NCBI GenBank assembly: GCA_044222475.1
Contig: JBGANF010000021.1
Location: 17,763 to 81,762 of the forward strand
DNA from: Polyangiaceae bacterium
Lineage (GTDB): Bacteria > Myxococcota_A > Polyangia > Polyangiales > Polyangiaceae
Reading direction: 5' to 3'
DNA length: 64,000 nucleotides
The notes beneath the pieces are model-generated. The model did no database searches and was not told the origin of the DNA. It saw only the letters and a program-made list of their open reading frames with translations. Shown one piece after another: positions 59,366 through 64,000 of this stretch. The position numbers and the translations under genes were made by a program. Position 1 is the stretch's first letter. Each line of letters opens with the position of its first letter.

Positions 59366-60780
59366 GCTGCGCTCCGTGGAAGATCCACCTCCACCCGGGC
59401 CCCCGTCGGGGGGCTCTGCACTCGAAGCTCTCCACAGTGCGCTTCGACGATGGATTGCGCGAGGACCAGCCCCAACCCGGTTCCGCTCGCCTTGGTGGTG
59501 AAGAATGGCTCGAAGAGGTGCGCCATGGCGTCGGCGTCGAACCCGGGGCCATCGTCGGCCACGGAGAGGACCGCGCGGTCGCCGCGCGTCTCCGTCGTAA
59601 TGCGGATCTCCCCTTCGTCACGCGTTGCGTCAGCCGCATTCAGGATGAGCGACACGAGCACCCGGCGGAGCTTGTGCTCGTCGCAGCGGGCGGTGCATGC
59701 CGCGACGGAGAGTCGCACCCTATCGCGATCGACCTTCCCAGCCGCCGCGAGCCTCCCTACGACGTCGTGGGCGAGCTGCGTGAGATCGACCTCGGCGGGC
59801 AGGGGCGCCTGGTTTCGCGAGAGCTCCAAGAGTCCCTGGACGATGCCTTGGGCGTGCCGAGCTTCGTCCTCGATCGCGTCGAGCGCTTCCCCGTCGGCGC
59901 CACGCGACCGAAGGATGCTCGCGTAACCAAGGATGATGCCGAGTGGGCCGTTGATCTCGTGCGCGACGCTCGCCGACAAGCGCCCGATCGAGGCGAGCTT
60001 CTGCGCGCGGAGAAGCTCTCGCTGATGCGACCCCAAACGGGCAGCCATTCCATCGACGCTACGCGCGACGTCGGCGAGCTCATCGTTACCGGGCAGAGCG
60101 ATGCGGTGCTCGAGCCGACCTTCACCGATCTGTCGCGTCCCCTCTCGCACGCGCGCCATCCGACGCGCGACGCTCCTCGTCGTGATGGCTACGACGAGCG
60201 TCGCGAACGCGGCGGCGATCACGAAACAAAGGATCGTCGTCGTTCGCGCGCGCGCTTGCGCTCGGATGGCGTCGCGTCGGGCCGCCGCGCTCTCGGCCTC
60301 GAGCTGCTCGTTGAGCTCACCGATGAGCGTGGTCGCACGCCCGACGACACGCTCCATCTCGAGGTGGAGCCGGAGTACCTCCTCGTTATCGCCGCGGTCG
60401 ACCGCCGGAAGGGTGGTCGCGAGGAAGTCCGTGTGGTTCGTGCGCACGAGCGATGCGACCTCCTCGGCGATGGCGCGTTGCTCTGCGGTCCTCGTCACCG
60501 CGATCAAGTCGTCGCTCGCCACCCGCGTTCGCTCGGCGATGTCATTGTAGTGGTCGAGGTGACTGCGATTGCCCTCTATGATGGTGTGAGCTTGATGGAT
60601 GTACTGCTCGCGTACCAGCGCGGCGACGCGATCGGCGGCATGCTTCGAACGCTCAGCCGTTGCCACGGCCTGGTCCGAGCGTGCCATCTCGCCCATGGCG
60701 TGGAGCGTGACGAGGGATGCGATGGCGAAGAGGACGAGCGTGGTCACGAAGCCGAGGTTGAGGCGGGCGGTTGTCTTCAT
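59362..60780 (-). CDS. Sensor histidine kinase with His-rich periplasmic domain (CorS-like)
   Basis: QYIHQAH...SHLDH, HAMP, SVAHEINGPL, FEPFFTTK, GTGLGL. Confidence 0.9.
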   Translation of the reverse strand: MKTTARLNLGFVTTLVLFAIASLVTLHAMGEMARSDQAVATAERSKHAADRVAALVREQYIHQAHTIIEGNRSHLDHYNDIAERTRVASDDLIAVTRTAEQRAIAEEVASLVRTNHTDFLATTLPAVDRGDNEEVLRLHLEMERVVGRATTLIGELNEQLEAESAAARRDAIRAQARARTTTILCFVIAAAFATLVVAITTRSVARRMARVREGTRQIGEGRLEHRIALPGNDELADVARSVDGMAARLGSHQRELLRAQKLASIGRLSASVAHEINGPLGIILGYASILRSRGADGEALDAIEDEARHAQGIVQGLLELSRNQAPLPAEVDLTQLAHDVVGRLAAAGKVDRDRVRLSVAACTARCDEHKLRRVLVSLILNAADATRDEGEIRITTETRGDRAVLSVADDGPGFDADAMAHLFEPFFTTKASGTGLGLVLAQSIVEAHCGELRVQSPPTGARVEVDLPRSAA

Positions 60781-60825
60781 GGCGGGAGCGCGCGGATCAT
60801 AGCCACCGAGGTGGCTGTCCCGGCA

Positions 60826-60873
60826 GTGTGACCTCGCCGGTCACTCGCCGCTGGGCTCGCCGTGAGCTAACCT
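60826..60873 (+). promoter_or_regulatory. N7 operator box plus -10 element
   Basis: GTGTGAC-CTCGCCG-GTCAC, 23 nt, TAACCT, 6 nt, ATG 60880. Confidence 0.72.
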
Positions 60874-60879
60874 TCGCGC

Positions 60880-62007
60880 ATGAAACGGTCCCTCTCGGTC
60901 CTGACGTCCTTCGTCATCGTCGCTGGCTGCGGTTCGTCGCCCCCGTCGCCCGCTCCAGTCGTACTGGCGCCAGAGCTCGGCACCGGGGACCATTCGCCCG
61001 CATCCGTCGTCCTCACCCCGATCGTCGGCGCCGACGGTGGGCTCGCCACTCCTCGCGACCTCGCGTTCAACCCGCTGAGGCCGGACGAGCTTTGGGTCGT
61101 GAACGACGGCGACGACAGCACGGTGATCGTCCACGACACGTCGACGGGGACGCCGACGAGTGAGCGCCGGAAGGATGGCTACGCGCTGCACTTCATGGCC
61201 AAGCCGTCGTCGCTCGCGTTCGGGCGAGATGCCACCACGATCGGCAAGCCAGGCACATTCGCTTCTTGCGAGGAGAGCCGCAACACCTACGACGACACGA
61301 AAGCCCCGAACGACTTCATGGGGGCAACGCTCTGGTCCTCGGATCTCTCCGTGTTCGCGATGCTCAATCCGAACGGGCTCGGTTCCCATTTGGACATGCT
61401 CCACGAGAGCCCTGGATGCGTGGGCATCGCTCACGAGAAGGACAACGTCTACTGGGCGTTCGGAGGGTACAAGAACGAGATCGTTCGGTACGACTTTGGG
61501 CAAGACAACGGCATCGGTAACGACGACCACTCGGACGGCAAGGCGCTGCACTACGTGCGGGGCATGGTGAAAGCGGTTCCCGGTGTTCCTGGGCACACGT
61601 TCTTCCGCCCCGAGGACGGGATGCTCTACGTCGCCGATACCGGGAATTCGCGCGTCGTCATGCTCGACACCACGAGCGGCACCATAGGCGCGAAGGTCAC
61701 TCCGAAGGAGCCCATGGCGCAGGACGCCATGATGGAGGGCGCGACGCTCATGGAGCTGGTGCCCAACGACGGGACGCTCCAGGTGCCGTCCGGCCTCGAG
61801 ATCTGGAAGGACATCCTCTTTGTTTCCGACAACGCGACGAGCCGCATCACCGCTTTCGCGCTGGACACCGGGAAGGTGCTCAACTACCTCGACACCGGCC
61901 TCCCCGCTGGATCATTGATGGGCATGGCGTTCGGGCCCGACGGGAAGCTCTATTTCGTCGACGCAAAGAGCAACCAAGTTCTACGCATCGATCCGAAGCC
62001 ACGATAA
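60880..62007 (+). CDS. Beta-propeller (NHL/SMP-30-like) lipoprotein
   Basis: Lipobox VAGC; PRDLAFNP, LYVADTGNSRV, GMAFGPDGKLYFVD; HLDMLH. Confidence 0.75.
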   Translation: MKRSLSVLTSFVIVAGCGSSPPSPAPVVLAPELGTGDHSPASVVLTPIVGADGGLATPRDLAFNPLRPDELWVVNDGDDSTVIVHDTSTGTPTSERRKDGYALHFMAKPSSLAFGRDATTIGKPGTFASCEESRNTYDDTKAPNDFMGATLWSSDLSVFAMLNPNGLGSHLDMLHESPGCVGIAHEKDNVYWAFGGYKNEIVRYDFGQDNGIGNDDHSDGKALHYVRGMVKAVPGVPGHTFFRPEDGMLYVADTGNSRVVMLDTTSGTIGAKVTPKEPMAQDAMMEGATLMELVPNDGTLQVPSGLEIWKDILFVSDNATSRITAFALDTGKVLNYLDTGLPAGSLMGMAFGPDGKLYFVDAKSNQVLRIDPKPR

Positions 62008-62058
62008 CTGGCCCGTGGTAGGGTTCCGCGCCGTTTTGAATTTCGCCAGGAGCTGCAC

Positions 62059-63480
62059 ATGAGCCCTCGACTCGCCCTTCTCGTCCTCTCACTCGGTTGT
62101 TCGATCGTCGCTTGCGGCTCGTCGCCCGACCCGGCGCCGACGCCGCCCGCGTTCACCGATACGCTTCCCCAGCCCGAAGCGATGGCGAACGCATCGACCG
62201 CGCCGCGCACCGTCGAGGTCTCGCTCGTCGCCGGCGTCAGCAACATCGACATGGCGCCGGGCAAGCCCGCTTCGATGGCGTACACGTACAACGGCACGTC
62301 GCCCGGCCCGACGCTGGTCGCGACCGAAGGCGATCACGTCATCATCCACTTCACCAACAACCTGACGCAGCCGACGACCGTCCACTGGCACGGGCTTCAC
62401 GTCCCCGCCGATCAAGACGGCAACCCGATGGACCCCGTCGGAGCAGGGAAGAGCCGCGACTACGTGTTCGACCTCGCGGAGGGTAGCGCTGGTACGTACT
62501 GGTATCACCCCCACACCGAGAACATGACCGCCGACCAAGTCGCGATGGGCCTCTACGGCGCGCTCATCGTGCGCGCGAAGAGTGATCCGCTCCCGAAAGG
62601 TCTCGTCGACGAGGTGCTCCTCCTCAACGACAATCGCTTCCAGGCGAACGGCGCGATCAGCCCCGACACGATGAACGATCAGATGAACGGACGCATCGGC
62701 GACGTCATGTTCGTGAACGGCGCCGTCAACCCGACGATGACGCTTCGGCCCGGAGAGACCCGCCGGCTCCGCGTCATCAACGCGTCGGCGGCGCGGTACT
62801 ACCTTCTGAACGTGCCCGAGCACCAGCTCGTCCAGATCGGCACCTCCGGCGGCCTGTTCGGCACGCCCCAAACGATGGACAAAGTCCTGGTCGCTCCGGG
62901 CGCGCGCGTGGAGCTCTTGCTCCAGGCGACCGCCGCCGCGGGCACGACCACGACGCTCAAGGCGCTCGCGTACGACCGCGGGATGATGGCCATGGGCGGA
63001 ACGGTGCCCAAGCCGGCCGACGTCGATCTACTCTCGATCGCCTACACGTCGGACGCGCCGATGAAGAGCGCGACGATCCCGGACACGCTCCGTCCGATCG
63101 CCCCGATCGATACGACGGGCGCGGTCGAGCGGTCGTTCGTACTCGCCGAGAGCGGGATGAGCTACATGATCAACGGGAAGGTCTACGACTCGGCCCGCGT
63201 CGACGTCATGGCCAAGCTCGGAGCGACCGAGGTTTGGACGGTGCAGAACGACGCCGACATGGACCACCCGTTCCACATCCATGGCTTCCAGTTCCAGGTG
63301 CTCGACCGCAACGGCGTGCCGGAGCCGGTGGTGGCGTGGGAAGACACCGTGAACCTCCCGAAGAAGGCCAAAGTGCGTCTCGTGGTGAAGCTCACCGATT
63401 TTCCCGGGATGCGCATGTACCACTGCCACATCCTCGAGCACGAAGACCTCGGGATGATGGGTACGCTCGACGTCGAGTGA
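62059..63480 (+). CDS. Three-domain multicopper oxidase lipoprotein (CueO-like)
   Basis: HWHG, WYHPH, HPFHIHG, HCHILEHEDLGMM; lipobox IVAC. Confidence 0.93.
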   Translation: MSPRLALLVLSLGCSIVACGSSPDPAPTPPAFTDTLPQPEAMANASTAPRTVEVSLVAGVSNIDMAPGKPASMAYTYNGTSPGPTLVATEGDHVIIHFTNNLTQPTTVHWHGLHVPADQDGNPMDPVGAGKSRDYVFDLAEGSAGTYWYHPHTENMTADQVAMGLYGALIVRAKSDPLPKGLVDEVLLLNDNRFQANGAISPDTMNDQMNGRIGDVMFVNGAVNPTMTLRPGETRRLRVINASAARYYLLNVPEHQLVQIGTSGGLFGTPQTMDKVLVAPGARVELLLQATAAAGTTTTLKALAYDRGMMAMGGTVPKPADVDLLSIAYTSDAPMKSATIPDTLRPIAPIDTTGAVERSFVLAESGMSYMINGKVYDSARVDVMAKLGATEVWTVQNDADMDHPFHIHGFQFQVLDRNGVPEPVVAWEDTVNLPKKAKVRLVVKLTDFPGMRMYHCHILEHEDLGMMGTLDVE

Positions 63481-63506
63481 CCGCTGCGGCACACTGGGGG
63501 GACGCC

Positions 63507-64000
63507 ATGACGCTTCGACGAGCATTCGTCTCCGGGGCACTGACCTTCGCCGCGCTCGCGCCGATCGCGATGGCGTGCGGCTGGTCGGATCCGCCAGCGA
63601 CGGTCGCTCCCGACGACGCGGCGACCGAGAAGACGCCGCCGCCCAAACCGGACTCCGGGATCGGAGGTCCCGAGAAGCTCTCCGAGACCGGCCTCTACGC
63701 CGACATCGCGACGCGCACGCTCGCGCCCGGCGTGACCGAGTTCGACGTGCGCTATCCGCTCTGGTCCGACGGCTCGGAGAAGCGTCGCTTCTTGTTTCTT
63801 CCCGACGGCGCGAAGATCGACACCGCCAACATGGACTTCTGGGACTTCCCGGCCGGTACCAAGGCGTGGAAGCAGTTCATCAAGAGCGGCAAGCTCGTCG
63901 AGACGCGTCTCCTCTGGAAGAAGCCCGACGGCCAATGGTTCGAGATGGCGTATGCGTGGCGCGACGACGAGACCGACGCGATCGCGGCGCCCGGCGGCGT
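63507..64000 (+). CDS. SO2930/HNE_0200-like lipoprotein (partial, runs off the window end)
   Basis: Manual translation: AMAC lipobox, PEKLSETGLY, PLWSDGSEKRR, WDFPAGT, VETRLL; heme motifs are not within the window. Confidence 0.65.
   Translation, partial: MTLRRAFVSGALTFAALAPIAMACGWSDPPATVAPDDAATEKTPPPKPDSGIGGPEKLSETGLYADIATRTLAPGVTEFDVRYPLWSDGSEKRRFLFLPDGAKIDTANMDFWDFPAGTKAWKQFIKSGKLVETRLLWKKPDGQWFEMAYAWRDDETDAIAAPGG

Overview
A high-GC window whose gene style (many Cys-rich lipoproteins, PGRS-like protein, CorE-like sigma factor) suggests Myxococcota, possibly Polyangiaceae (inference). It is dominated by a large copper/heavy-metal region: three RND systems (one cusA broken by a frameshifting deletion), five TolC-family genes, two Cu(I) P1B ATPases, a CopZ-like chaperone, three multicopper oxidases, a cupredoxin, YHS and YbjQ-like proteins, a CorE-like ECF sigma factor and two two-component systems. 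A small accessory islet at about 34.9-37.7 kb holds an orphan PD-(D/E)XK nuclease, its partner gene and mqsRA. Main observations from the DNA itself: (1) a recurring operator G[T/G]GT[A/G/C][A/T]C-N7-GTCAC in six copies, four of them exactly 23 nt from a -10-like hexamer, next to a response regulator with REC and Fis-type HTH domains but no sigma54 AAA+ domain; (2) three copies of a CGTAA[G/T]-N16-CGTC ECF promoter, a likely CorE regulon; (3) a YHS-fused class III adenylate cyclase and a P-loop kinase translationally coupled to an intact cusCBA operon; (4) several sigma54 and leaderless promoters. No rRNA, tRNA, CRISPR array, transposase or integrase was recognised. All family assignments come from motif recognition by eye, not database searches.
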